From Amoebophrya sp. A120 (lineage: Eukaryota > Protista > Dinoflagellata): a stretch of 64,000 bases of DNA. The notes under the pieces were generated by a model, which had not been told where the DNA came from, did not search any database, and saw only the letters and a program-made list of their open reading frames with translations. This document shows positions 49,397-62,505 of the stretch, in pieces. Within the stretch, counting starts at the first letter, position 1, and the number at the start of each line of letters is the position of its first letter. The stretch lies in the NCBI GenBank assembly GCA_905178155.1, contig CAJINV010000005.1, positions 4,319,556 through 4,383,555 of the forward strand, read 5' to 3'. Made by a program: the position numbers and the translations under genes.

Positions 49397-49660
49397 GATG
49401 GATCGCGATCCGACTGGGGAGATGGATCGCGATCCGACTGGGCAGATTGCGATCAGACTGGGCAGGTCGCGATCAGACCCGGCCAGATGGATCGCGATCA
49501 GACTGGGCAGGCCGCCCTATGGATCGCGATCAGACTGGGCAGGTCGCCCTATAAGTCGCGATCAGACTGGGCAGGTCGCCCCATAAGTCGCGATCAGACG
49601 GAGCAGGTCGCCCTATAAGTCGCGATCAGACGGGGCAGGTCGCCCCATAAGTCGCGATCT
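49397..49660. repeat. Tandem array of TCGCGATCAGACTGGGCAGG units (periods 24, 20, 20, 25, then 5x32)
   Basis: Core starts at 49403, 49427, 49447, 49467, 49492, 49524, 49556, 49588, 49620 and 49652. Confidence 0.9.
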
Positions 49661-50746
49661 AGCTGCATTGGCCGCTCTATGAGTCGGGACCTCGCTACGC
49701 GCCCCACCGAATGACTCGCGAAACGCCCTACGGTCGCGATCTAGGACCGCGGAAACCCTACATCGTTTTCCTTCGGAAGGCGCATGTAACTGCAGCAGCC
49801 GGTGGGCCGAGATCGGAGACCGATTCTGGGAGTTTTCCCCGGTAGTGGAGCGGAAGGATCGCTAAGGTCATCCGGACGTGCGCACTCGCTAGGGTGGTGT
49901 TTGCTGCCGGGCTGTACGACCTCTCCTTGCAGTCCGGTGCCACGCCGCATTGTACGACTACGTCGCGACGAACGCGGTGCCTGGAATGAGAGCGACGAAG
50001 CTTGTCTTGGGCACACGAATAGAATCGGCACCGGTAGACCATGCAGTATATTGATTGCTCCATGTGTTTGATGTTTTAGGGCAATGCTAAAAGCACGAAT
50101 GAAGTTGGCCGCGGCTCGGCAACATCGCAATGGTGTTCAACTTAGAATGACGAGCGTAACATGAGCGCGATTTTTTTGTGTCAGGACGGAACTGCGTAGA
50201 GAGAATTCACCCTTAGAAGCGAAAGTAGTAATAATGTTCTACCACGCTAGACATTCGTTGAAATCCGCCGTGCGCATTCGTTCAATGTCAACCGAGCTAC
50301 GACGTACAGATTGGAAGTGCCGTTCTGAAAGTTTGACGCATAGGCTTTTGTGCTGGTGCAGGCAAACGTACAAAATAATGCAGAAATTTTTTTAGATGTG
50401 AAACGAAAACCAAAACCACCACAGGATTCCGAATCCGTGCCCCTTTGAAGTCCCCTTCCCGTAGAACCCCTCAGAATGCCCCAAGAGAACTGAGTACTCG
50501 TTTGTGCACGGACGTAGTTCACCCCCCAACCCCTTTTACCAGTGTGCCATATCTCGCACCGGTGCCCATGGTGGCACCACGAGAAGTACGCCAACCATCT
50601 GTGGTCCCCGCAGCACGCAGTTAGAGCTACGACGTGTAATAGTAGGAGAGTCTATCATGCTCCCGCAAAATATGAGTGTGCGCGGGCGGCGCCACGGCTA
50701 GGTGGCCCGCTGGTTTTTCGCCGGTGCTCGTTTGGCAGTTGCTACG

Positions 50747-53700
50747 ATGCGGCTTCCCGGAGTGTCCCGGAGCGGGCTGCTGGTGGCCCTGACGACATTG
50801 AGCTGCGGCGCGGCATGGTGGTCCGGGACGAGCGGATCCTGGCCCGAGGGGCTGTCCCGGCGGGCGCTGTTTGAGAGCTACCGGCGCTCGATGCACCACT
50901 GCAGCACTTCCTCGACCGGTTGCGACCCACCGACAGCCGAGCAAAAGCACACCTGGACGGAGTCGCTGCTCCACGAATCTGTGGCACACCTGCGGGTTTT
51001 GCAGAACGTCCTGCGGTCCAGTTTTGTCACCTTGACCATGACCGCGTCACTGGTAGCCGCGGGAATTAGTCTTGATCTTCCCCGCCGCAAGGTCGCCGTG
51101 CTATGCGTGACCCTCATTCTGGCTAGCGGCGCCGCGACCGCAGTGGCGGACTTCCTAACCGAGCAGGCGGACTACGAATTTCGAGTATTGCTTCCGTAGT
51201 GTTCTTGCTTTGTTTATTCCTAGTGCAAAAACTATGAAAATTACGTCTCCCGCTTCTACGGCAGTAAGCTTGCTTGAGTCTTTTTTTGCCATGTCAGTTT
51301 CTGCGCGCAGACACATGTGTCGTGTGTAGCGAATGTAGTACGGCAAGGAAAAAGAGTACTTCGCCGAATAAGTACTAGGAAGTGTTGCGCGGCGATGGAG
51401 TGCTAGTTTCTAGTAATCGGGTAGTTTGCAACACAACCAAAGAACATGACAAACAAAACAGCTTCGGGAGCAGGAGACTGAAGCCCGGGAAGTGCGAGAG
51501 AGCCCAGAAGAGGAGCAAATTGAGATGAGTTCGCTTTACCAGCGCCGGGGTATCTCCCTCGAGGATGCGGAGATGGTGACGAAGATTCTTTCTAAGTACC
51601 CAGACTATTGGGTGGGTCACATGATGGCGGAGGAGCTGCAGTTGCTTGCGCCCGAACCGAGCTCAAGTGCACGCGACTCCGAAGGAAGTGAAGTAGATAC
51701 CAGCTCGACGACAAGACGAACACTACTAGAGCGATGCCTCGTGACTGCGCTGCTACATTGCCTCCTCGGTTTGCTACCACTCTGTGCTTTGCTAGCAGAG
51801 CCTGCAGAAGTTGGGAGTAGTAGGAAAACAGTGGATTGCTCCAAAGAGCTCCGCCCAAACCAAAATGACAACGCAAATAACGACATCGGGGTACTAAAGA
51901 GAACACCCGCGGTCGCGATCTCATCTTCATCTGGTACGAGAAATTTGGCCCTTGCGAAGAACACTTCTACCGCGGCCCGGGGCAGACTAGCAGGAAAAGA
52001 CGCGGGAGGCATGACATCCCCCGCAGGATCGATAGTGCGATCAGGGCACAGATCGCATGGAGACGGTGCGCACGCGCCTGCCGAAGCAAGCAGCCAGGCA
52101 AATATTAACCCACTGCCAGCAATAAAAGCCCCGGTAGGAGGAGAAAGCAACCCCTCGCCGGCGAGCCCCATGCCGGTCTGCGTCCTGCTTCTCGTGTGCG
52201 TCCCCGGTTTCGTTCTTGTCGGAGTGAGCCTGGCGCAGGTGCTCGGCGTGGACGGACAGACGGACTTTGTAATTGCCGTCGCATCTGCAGGACTCGGCAT
52301 TGCGCTTTTCTGCATGGTGTTCGGAAAATTGGCTTCAGTCGGGACGACCGCACTTGCGAAAACGACAACCACCGGTCTTTCATCCCTGTACCGGATCCCC
52401 ACGTTCGTGCTCGCCACACTTCTCACGGTCTCTGCATTTCTCCTTTACTACTGGGCGGACGAATTTCTCCTGGAGAGAAGCGACGCGCAGCAAGGCGATC
52501 ATGCGGCGGATCTTGCTGCAGCGACGAGAAGTACTAGCACCGGCGCTAGCGCAATACTGAATGCCGGTCGCACGACGTCGTATTTTGCCGTTTTCGTCTC
52601 CAGCATTGCATGCTGTTTGTGCACGGGACTGGGCTGCATTCCGTTCTTCTTCTTCCCGGAAAGTGTGTCCTCCGGGAAGATCGCCGTCGCGAACCTCATG
52701 GCCGCCGGAATTATGGTCGCGGTCAGTTTTGAACTTTTGCAGGAGTCGCACGAGATCTTTTCGGACGCGACCGAAAACATGGGCATCACGAGGAGAATAG
52801 CAGCGTCTGTGCTCGCGTCCGATCTGCTTCCCCTTATCACGGAACTTGATTTATTTCCCCTATCGTGGAGCAGCACGTTGTCGTCTCACGAAGCTGCCTC
52901 CGCATCGGCAACCGCGAGTAGTTCTGTACCGCCTGCTCGTGATAGAATTGCCAGCTCCTTCGGCGCAGACGCTTTGACGGCCTTTGGTACTGATGCGGTT
53001 TCCTACGCGGATGTTTTGGTGGGCTTCGCAATCGGGATTTTTTTCATCTGCAATTTGGAGCACGTGGTCAGCACCGACCAGAGCCCGGCCGAGCTGCTCC
53101 GCAGTTTCGTTTCCTCACCGGTCACCTCACCACCACAGGCCGAACCCGCAGCAGTGATCGATACCACAAACAAAACGGCAACCTCGACGGCCCTGCCCGG
53201 GACCAACAACAACAAAACCGTTGGCGGCACAAAAATTACCAGCAGCCGAGGGCCCACGTCTAGGACCGACCCCATACTTTCTTCGCGCGTTGGACCGGGA
53301 ATAAAGACTGTGCCCGCCACGGCGACCCCTGTGCCCTCCGCGGAAGTAGATGCATCCGCACGCAAATTGGCGAACAAGCGCAGGCTGTTTCTCTTTCTCG
53401 CAATGTTTTTCCACTCGTTTGCGGAAGGGGTTGCCATTGGGGTCAGCTTCGCGGGCACGGAGCCGGCGCTCGGGTACTTTATCGTCCTCGCCCTGGCGCT
53501 GCACAACATCCCCGAGGGTTTGGTCATTGGTTTGACACTGTGCACCGCGACGTCAAGTAGTACCTCGTCCACGAGGACGAGCGAGAACGTAGCGGAGGCC
53601 ACGTCGTCCACGCCGGGCGAAGCGATGTTCTTCGCGATTCTGAGCTCCTTTCCCCAGCCCGTCATGGCGGTGTTCTCGCTCGCGGCCGTGCACGTCGCGC

Positions 53701-53885
53701 GCGTGCTGCTGCCCTACGGTCTCGCTTTCGCCGCCGGCGCCATGGTCTACGTAAGTTACGAGGAACTTTGGAAGGAGGCCCGGGCGGTGCTGTCGCTGCC
53801 CGCGAGTCTCGCGTGTCTCTGCTCCAGCTTCGCGGGCATGCTTTTGCTGCAGCAAACCTGGCTCTCACCAAGTCTGTTCCGGTAG
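50747..53885 (+). CDS. VIT1/CCC1-like domain fused to a ZIP (ZupT/ZIP11-like) metal transporter; 2 exons
   Basis: GT-AG intron 51185-51461 joins in frame. VIT1-like ADFLTEQADYEF..EAREVRESPEEEQIEMSSLYQRRGIS..MMAEELQL. ZIP motifs CTGLGCIPFF, AAGIMVAVSF, HSFAEGVAIG, LHNIPEG, FAAGAMVYV. Confidence 0.85.
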
Positions 53886-54763
53886 CACATGGTGCACCGC
53901 GCTTGGACGTGTCGTGATCGGCAAAGCTAGTGGGTGCGCGAAATTTTAATTTTTTTTGCCGAACATGCCTGTAAACGTCAACGTAATGCAACGATAAAGT
54001 ATAAAACAAAAACTCCACGACCTGTAATAGTTCAGCGTCCATTCGCTCTGTTTCTTTGATCCAAGAAGGCTATCGGATTTCATCACTATTTTGCAGCGAA
54101 ATAACGTAGGCGAAACACCTGTCTTGTAGCGCATTTAACAGCACTCAAATTTACTTGTTACAGCAGTTGGAGGTTCATTATCCAAGATGAAGTGAACTGT
54201 AGAGCAAGTCCATTAGGAATACTTACTAGTTGCATGCGTATCGCATGAAGAGACCTCGGGGTTTGCATGGACAAAACGCTACTTTGAGTCGTGACTCAAG
54301 GAGAGAAATGAATTGGGTGAAAGTCAATACACAGTACGACTCGCGAAAAACGTTTGTCCGCCCTTGGGCCCTTACTGAGGGTGCCATGCTGTTCGCGAAA
54401 CTTGTTGTCTTAAACCATGCGCGTTCATCCGCTCTAAGCGGCGGCATTGACCCATCGTCAGTGGGTCCTTTCACCCGAGGGCAAATATGTTACCGTTGTC
54501 TGAACGCACGGCACGCTTGTTGAGAGTTGAATTGCCACCTCCCGAGCATCGCAAGCAACTGAAGGATTTGCAACAACGCGACTCCGTATTTTACCAACGC
54601 TCGGTCACTCATTAGTTACGGTTGGGCCAGATGATCATCGCCATGTTAGTATACAACAATCTCAGCCACAGAAGTAGACTGAACTACGCAGCGACACAGG
54701 CAGTGGTTCCGGCCAGTGAGCTTTGCGAGCGATAGTTGGACAACTGTGTGCTCGTGAGAAAAA

Positions 54764-57045
54764 ATGGAGTTCGAGCAGAGCACGTGGCACCCCATTCGGC
54801 ACCCGATCCGGGACGTGGCGCTCATTCTGCCGAAAGTGAAGCCGAATGTGTACAAGGAGCACCCGAAGTTTTCTGAGGGGAAGCGCATGAACTACTACCT
54901 AACCGTTGGGTTGTCCGTCTTCCTGGTCACCCAGTTCTTTTTCATCTTTCGTCAGCAGTACCTGTTAGAGCTCCTCGTGATCGAATTTTCCGCCTGTGCC
55001 GCCTACCTCTACTACCTGGAAAACTACACAAAGGACGACGAAGACGTGTGTCCGCTCGGCTGCACGACGTTTTTCGCTGTCCTGTTCGGGGCCGTGTTCG
55101 GGGCGGTGGCTTGCCACGACCATTTTTTGCACTACGTCAGTTTCTACAAGGGCAACACGCTCACCCGCGTGCTGGCCAACGACCCGGCGTTCACGCTGCA
55201 AAACCGAGAGGCGAACCACATCGAATTCTTACACGCGCAGGTCGACACGCGCCGCCCGACCGCGTGGCAGGATGGCCAGGGCGCCACCTACTGTCTGGCC
55301 CCCATCCTGGAGCCCGCGGACCTACTTTCAGTGGGAAAGAGCGAGAAGGAGGAGGAAAATAAAAACAAGAAGACGCCCGTGCAGTACTACGCGATAGGAA
55401 AGGACTGCTGCTCCATGGTCCCAAAAGCGCCGGCAATCACGGACGCCGATAAGGGGACGACCATAGGCGTCGCGGACGAAAAGGCGTTGCCGAAGTTTCT
55501 GGCGCGACAGGCCGCGGCCCGCGAAAACGCAACCGCGTTCGCAAAGGCGCAGAACCTGACCGACTCGTTCACGTGCGGGGACGCGGGAAGGGCACGGAAA
55601 TCGGGCCCGGCCGGCCTATATGGATTGCAAAAATGTCTGGGTCTGGAAGAATGCAACTTGTGATGCTGCTTTTGGATTCCAACAAAAATCTGTATTGCAT
55701 GAGTAGCAAAAGGAGTATAATTTTTGCTACAAGGATAGGGAATTTGTCATGCGGAATAGGCATCAAGATGCCCTCAAAAAATATGTGATGCTAGGGCGTG
55801 CATCACAGACATCATGCCTCATGCAAGACGTGCATCACAAGTTTCAGAATCTTCCAGACCCAGACATTTTTACAGTTGATAGCCTACTCGACATCTTTTT
55901 GCACGGCAACTCCAGCGGTCACGGCATGGTGGACCCAACCCTGCAAGGGCTGTATCGAAAGGAAAAATCCCCTCTCCCCATATCGAAACGGAATTTCTGA
56001 TGCTGGATTTGTATACACAATTCAGCTGTGTATTGCAGGAAGGCATTGCGGCCAGATCCCCAACCTAGGTAGGGGCGTGTGGGTCTAGTTGTTCAGCATG
56101 GCAAACGGCTGCCCTCTAGGCCCAACAGCATGGCAAATCGCTTTCATAATGGGGCGGAAGCTTTTGCCCCTGTCTTCTTGCAAGACAAATGTTATTTGTG
56201 GCCTCAAATCAGCAACACAAATTTTCGGAAACCTTCCTTTTCAATATGGGGAGGGGGAGTTTTTTCTTTCAATAGGCTGCACAGCGACCTTCCCCTGACC
56301 AAGCTGCTCTCGTTGAAAGGCCTGCTGTCCTTCGACCCACTCACACAGCTCCTGTCCTTCGACACCTTTCTCCCCAGCAACTACGCAGAGAAGCGAAAGT
56401 ACGACCAGGCACGGAGGATGGCGGAGCAGCGCTATAATCTGACCACGGTCATGGAAGATCTGGAGAGAAACGCGTACCCGTCTATGGAACCTGAGGTAAG
56501 TAAGCCAGCGCGCGCTGTCTTTTTTGTTTTTCTGTCTGTGATGTCAAACAAACTTTTCCGCGAGGGGACTTTGCTCAGATTTTACGGATTCTTTGCATGA
56601 TCTCATTTGAGCACAGGGCACTTCTATATTTTTGGATAACTTTTTCGTGCTGGTTCAGATACGTTTTTTTACAATAATGGTAGAATAATTTCTAGTTGTA
56701 CCACGAGCACAACCATTACCTGAGGTTATCTACGTCCACTGGACGCTGGATCCGGTGCTGTATGCGCAGGGAAAACTGCGCGATAGTTTGTACTTCTTTT
56801 GCCTTTCCACCCTCTGCTTCTTCTTGCCCGTCATGTACCTCTTGAGCTACCAGTTGGCAAAGCTCGCCACACAGGATGCGTTCGAGGAACGGCAAGAGGA
56901 GATAGAGGCGGGCCGCGAGCGCGGCGGGGGCGGGAGCACGGCCGAGGAGGCGGAGGATAGCAATTACGTACTGGATTCGGACTCCTGGGCTAACGAAAGT
57001 CTCAACGAGGAAGCCGCGTCGCTATTAGACGACAACTCAATATGA
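54764..57045 (+). CDS. Hypothetical multi-pass membrane protein with a Cys-containing luminal domain, multi-exon
   Basis: Three N-terminal TM segments, YCLAPI..YYAIGKDCC, and a C-terminal TM. Frames join across two introners (PAGL|LDIF and LQGL|HSDL). Confidence 0.75.
55619..55881. mobile_element. Introner-like TIR element, family A (263 bp)
   Basis: TATGGATTGCAAAAATGTCTGGGTCTGGAAG...TACAGTTGATA, TSD GCCTA. Confidence 0.92.
55953..56274. mobile_element. Introner-like TIR element, family B (322 bp)
   Basis: TATCGAAAGGAAAAATCCCCTCTCCCCATAT...TTTTTCTTTCAATA, TSD GGCTG. Confidence 0.92.
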
Positions 57046-57584
57046 TAGGTTTTGGCTTGTTCTCCTGCCGAAAGGAGAAGTAGCGGCGCTGATAGTGCGT
57101 TTTATCTTTCTGTCATTTTTATCAGTAGGCGCCTACCTACTTCTTCGTAGAAGATATTTATCATCTCGAGAATACAGAAGCATGATCATGCAAAATTTGT
57201 AAAATCAACGAGAACAAAGACAGCTGTTTCGAAGTTTGACGTTTTCGCGAGGACATTTGAAGCAAGTATAAAGGATCTCGATAAAGAACAAACCGACTGA
57301 AGACACCGGGGGTTGCGCCTGGGCTTCCGTGCAGGCCGGAGCAACATGGAGAAAGAGGCGTTCGTCTTTGATCCGGCAGCGATCGAGGGCCTTTGTTGGA
57401 ATGAGCACCTTTTATTGGAATGCGATCGTTTTTGGACTCTGGGAGGTTGAAACATTGGTTACTAGCCTGCAGTTGCTTGAGAGACGACCGCGAGGGAAGA
57501 TCGAAAAACGTTTGTGTGAGAAGTACAACATGCATGCGAAGATGAAAATTATACTTAGGAAAACAACTCTTGGTCCGGCGAAAA

Positions 57585-58640
57585 ATGAGTTTAACGACCA
57601 AGCTGGAAGCGCTGCTGCGGCACGGCGGCAACCCGAACCTGTACTCGAACGAAGACCCCGGACAGCGGCGGCCGCTCCTTTGCTTGGCTATCGAGGAGGC
57701 GGCGCGGACCCAGAATTTCGACACGTGTCACCTGTTGCTGAACCAGCCCACGCTCGACCTGACGCTCCGCTGCGAGCCAGACTGTGTTTCGGAACCGTGC
57801 CGCAACAAGAACGCCCTCGAGCTCGCCATCTTGCACGATCTGCTAGGTCTCGCCAAGTTAATGCTGAAAAAGAACCCGCGTTTGGTCCACGACGAGGTGA
57901 AGAACGGTGCTGGCTCAAGTTCTACTTCTGACACAAGAACGACATTTTCTCGACGAGGACCCCAAAGCACCAGCAACAAGATGAAACGAGTGTACCCCCT
58001 GCACCTCGCTGCCTTTCTCGGACGACACGAGATGATCGCGCTGCTTCTCCTCTACAAGGCGGATGTCGACGTGGAGGACCGCTTTGGGCAGACGCCACTC
58101 TTTTTCGCGAAAGACGCGAAGACCGCAAAGCTTTTGTTGAAGCACGGCGCGAATCCGGCACACCGAAACGAAAGCAGCCAGACCTGTCTACACCTTCTGG
58201 CGTCAAGTGGGCATGCGCGCGCGCTGGAAACGGTGCTGGAAGAGATTTTTAGTGGCTCGCCTGCAATACAAGGCACGACTCTTGCCAACGATGTGATTGC
58301 AGCAGAGCGTCCGGGTTGTACGGTGCCGGATGAAAGAACCGAATACGAATGTGAAGTAGAAGAAAAAAACGCAGAGGATCATGCCGGTCGTGATGCGAGT
58401 AGTTGTGACGCCACCTTATTGCAGGACCAGTGTGGTAGCGGCCCGAGACTATTGATTGACTGGCAAGACAAACAAGGCTACACGGCACTCCACTTTGCCG
58501 CCGGAAAGGGGGAGGAAGCCTGCTTGGCGGTACTCTTGGACCACGGGGCCGACCTGCAGTTGCGTACGCGAAATTCGAAGAAAACGCCGATCCTCTTTGC
58601 GGAGGCCCACGGCAAGGACGAGGCGGCTTACTACCTGTAA
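57585..58640 (+). CDS. Ankyrin-repeat protein
   Basis: YPLHLAAFLG, DVEDRFGQTPLF, QTCLHLLA, DKQGYTALHFAAGKG. May continue in further exons (GTAAGT at the 3' end). Confidence 0.85.
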   Translation: MSLTTKLEALLRHGGNPNLYSNEDPGQRRPLLCLAIEEAARTQNFDTCHLLLNQPTLDLTLRCEPDCVSEPCRNKNALELAILHDLLGLAKLMLKKNPRLVHDEVKNGAGSSSTSDTRTTFSRRGPQSTSNKMKRVYPLHLAAFLGRHEMIALLLLYKADVDVEDRFGQTPLFFAKDAKTAKLLLKHGANPAHRNESSQTCLHLLASSGHARALETVLEEIFSGSPAIQGTTLANDVIAAERPGCTVPDERTEYECEVEEKNAEDHAGRDASSCDATLLQDQCGSGPRLLIDWQDKQGYTALHFAAGKGEEACLAVLLDHGADLQLRTRNSKKTPILFAEAHGKDEAAYYL

Positions 58641-59711
58641 GTGCTGTATGTCTAGACATACAAAACAAGACGCCATTAGTTTCTCAGGATATAATCTTCT
58701 GTGGTGCTCGCGGGGAGCTAGGTCGTGATTTAGATTCAGCAAAAAAAGATCAAACGCTATCTGAAGAAAGTTACGCGATTTTGTGAAGCAATACACATGA
58801 TAGTATATGCTGGCAGGACCACAACAGGTATACTCGATGGACGGGCTCCAGGCGAGCGCCGTGGCGTGAGCGCTTGGGGAACCCCCTGTTTCTCTTCGCA
58901 GTCGCTATTCTCGTTGTGGGCATGTACCTGCAGGGCTCTACGTTTTACGACTTTTTTCTGGATTTGTGGTCTGACGGCGTTGGCAATGTACCGGGAAGTA
59001 CGGAGCGCTTTGGCGGGGGTAAAGTGCGGCCGCGATTGCCAAGATACCCGGCGAGTAGCGTGTAGCAGGCGATTGGTTTTGCTAAGAGCGGTATCTAGGT
59101 ATCTGGAGGTTTATTTGAACAAGTAGGTAAGTGTTTTTTTTCAAGCATGTTGATAGTAGTGATCCGGCGCAATGATAGATATTGAAACACAAGGAGTTGT
59201 ACAGGGCCACACAGGTTCCATACCGGTCTCATGTTTTGCTGTGTCTGACCCGCCCGAATCTTGACACGGCCATAACTGCATTTTGGAACAAGTAGTACAG
59301 CATGATCGACGCATCAAGAAACGTCCATCCCATCATGAAGAGCTTTCAGCTTTGCAAGCTCACCCATCTGCCTGCAATGAAATGCTGAGCGGATAACTAC
59401 TGCGACCTGGTGTGTGAGGGGTGAGTATGGTGGCCTTCACGGAGTTCTTTCCTTATGTCTCCACTCTTTTTCTAGGTTCTGGGGGATCAATCATGAAGCG
59501 GAAACCAGCTTCGTGCAGATCTTTGTTTACGATTGCTCGACCCGACGGATCCAAATAGCGCAAGTTTTTGGTGGCCTCCTGACTCTGGTGCTGCGAGAAA
59601 AAGATCAGCGCAATTTCATTTTCTGGCTCGATTTGATTTGATGCCGGCATGATCGTGAAGATGACGATAAATAAGAGACCGAAATGCTGACACCGATGCT
59701 CGTAGATCCGT

Positions 59712-62284
59712 ATGTGGATTTCCGAGCTCTTCGCTTGCCTGTCATGCGTATCGCAACTGGCGGAAGTTTTGACACGGGGGCAGGGTCGACGGGTCTTGTT
59801 CGCATTCACCGTCTCTGCATTCTGGGGCGTGACGAATTATGTGGAATTCAGTCCTCCGACGAAGCTCCTTGCGCTGCGCTTCATTTCACCACCTCAGCGC
59901 CGAGACCGAGCGCCGGCGGGCGAAAAGACACCGCCCTCCACCGGACCAGCGCGAGAAGACGCCAGCCAGCTGCTCGTTCCGAGCAAAGGTGGAGCCCCCG
60001 CAGGCGCGTCACCCAAGAAACCTCCAGTGTACGGTCCCGAGACCCCACCTGCGTCCAAGCTGTTCTGCTTTACGTGGAGTCCGCTGCGCCAGCAGACGCA
60101 AGAGATGGCGCTGTGGCGGTTCGTGCGGGCGGAGCTGCGGAAGGTTTGCAACGCGCACCTTTTTTTCACGCACAAGAAAAGTCCTACTACTTCCGCCGTA
60201 GTTCTCCGGCGTCGCGCAGGAGCGTCCCCTTCTTCTCCGCAGCAGGGCGAAGGAGCAGGTCGTGCGCGACGAGCGGAGCAGGTGGTAGACCCGGGTCCGC
60301 AACAAGTGGCAGTGGCGGCTTTGGAAAGGATGTACGCCGCCGCGGTGATCGACACCAGTGCGGGAAGCCTCGAAATTTTGCGCAAAAAATACGGATCGCT
60401 GGAAGGGATGCAAAGGGAGATCCGCACGGGAAGGGATGAAGAAAGCTACCAAGACATCGTCGAACTGCCCCTGAACACGACGAAAATCGGTATTCTCGAG
60501 ACGAAACTATCCTGTGCAAAACTATCGTATTCGAATTGCAATCTTGCATATACAAATCCTGTTCTTAAGGTAGATCCGCATTACAAATTTTATTTCTCAT
60601 GCTGAAGGAATTTGTAATGCATTTATACGAGTGCGATACTTTTGCAATGCATAGAAACACCAAAACGGCAAAGGATTGTGGCCCGCCCTCCAGTTATGAA
60701 TTCGATCTGTTGACGTAGGAGCTCCTGTGGGGTTAGTGGTAGATGTGTAAAGGTTTTGGTATGCAGTGCTCCAGTAATAGATATCTTTATGCCTCGTAGT
60801 TGTTGCTTGGCTCAGACTCCTGGGAGCTTGATACCCGGCGCGGAATAACTTTGGTTCTACGACCTCTGTTTCGTCGTGTCTTCTCCGGTTAAGGATTTCA
60901 GTTCCCATTACTAGCTCCAGAACGCGGGAAATAAGATGCTCTCTTTCCATACCGTTGGATGTTCCAGCATTTCTACCTGTTCGACCGTTTTGGCTACTGG
61001 CTCCTGCCGGAATTGGATCACTTGCTGCTGAGTCGGGATCGTGTGTTTGCCGCCGTGCGCGACACCATTCGGGACTGGGTGCGGAAGTACATCGCGAGCC
61101 GGAAGAGCCTGGCCTCGACGAACGCGACCGTCCAGGGGGAGCACGCCTTGCTGGAGACGACTTTCCTCGAGCGGGACGTGAACCCCTTTGTGCAGCCGGT
61201 GCAGTTGTCCCTCGGCAACCTGTTCGTGTGGACACAGGCCGCGTTGGCCTGCATGAAGGACCACTGGAGCGACTGGGGGCAGTTGACGCAGGACCTGAAC
61301 AAGCCCATCTACCACGGGTGTCCGCGGATGTCGCGGGAGAGCGGCAGCTGGCCCAATTGCGCGCAGGACATCGTGTTCCAACTGCAAATGGGGCCCCGAA
61401 TGCTCAAACAGTGCAAGCGAAGAAGCAGTAGCGAGGTCGATAATTTCGAAAAGGAAGGGAAGTGGCCCGTCGCGGGAGATGGTGCAGGAAGTCCCTCCAA
61501 CTACACAACAAGTGGAACAACAACAGCATCGTTTTCCTTCACCATAGGCAGCAGAGAAAGAGAGCGCACTGAGATGATGACGATCCACCCCGCCAACACC
61601 GCCTGCGGAGGCAGCAAGTACTGTGCGCAGCTTCCGGAGCTAGATGGAATCTGTCTTGACTTCGCTGACAAATTCAGCAGTGCCGTGTATACAACTTCTA
61701 CACCCGACAAGAATAGTAAACGAGCGGAGAAGGCCACCACCACCAAAATTTTCCGAGAAAATACTAAAGAGCATCCGCTGGTTCGTCTGTCTGCAAGTAT
61801 CGTGAGCACCTGTGACGCGTTTCTGATGAAATTTGACGAGGTCGCGAAGAACGCGTTAGCCTACGGCGCCGATATGTGGGTGCTCCCACGAAGCAGTTCG
61901 AAGTACTGGCGTATGCGGAAGTTGTTTTACGTTGCGGCGAACCGCACCAGCACCGCCGCCGCGCGGATGTTCGGCCCGAACTGGTTGCAGAAAGCGCGTC
62001 TGCCCATGGAAAAACAGTCCAAGGAGCGGTTCATAATGACGGTGGGGAAGAACGTCGACCTCTCGCGCAAGAAACAAACCGCGAAGCGGTTCTACGCGGA
62101 GCTGTTCTCGCCGGAGCAGGGCTACAACATGTTTCCCATCACGGAGGACGACCTGTTCCAGACGTGGGGACAGATGTCCGCCGAAACTGCCGTGTTGCAC
62201 AACATGAAATGTCCGGAGTACCACGGGATCGGGGTGCTTGCGGTGCAGCCAATCCTGTTCGGCAAGTCGAATTTGGGCGGGTAG
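59712..62284 (+). CDS. Hypothetical protein, multi-exon
   Basis: ORFs 59712-60605 and 60959-62284 with GC3-biased codons. Introner at 60508 joins ETK|HQNG. The next junction is unresolved. Confidence 0.6.
60508..60653. mobile_element. Introner-like TIR element, family H (146 bp)
   Basis: TATCCTGTGCAAAACTATCG...CGATACTTTTGCAATGCATA, TSD GAAAC. Internal GCATTACAAAT and ATTTGTAATGC. Confidence 0.85.
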
Positions 62285-62505
62285 TACGAATTAATATATC
62301 CGGAAATTGTCTGGGGGAAGGTGGTGAACGCCACGCACTGTAACCTTTATTTTTTGACAACGTGATGAAGTAGCTCCCGGCATTTTCTACTCGTTGGCGT
62401 TGCGATTGTGTTTTCTTTCGAAAATAAGAAACGTTTGAGGGAAACTACTGTTGAACAAATACGAAACACCACGCACCGTACAGCTGGGTCATCTTCTGTA
62501 CACGG

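Noticed and set aside
48745-49660. CRISPR array
   Set aside because: Variable segments are only about 13 nt and resemble each other, repeats are degenerate, there are no cas genes, and the context is eukaryotic.
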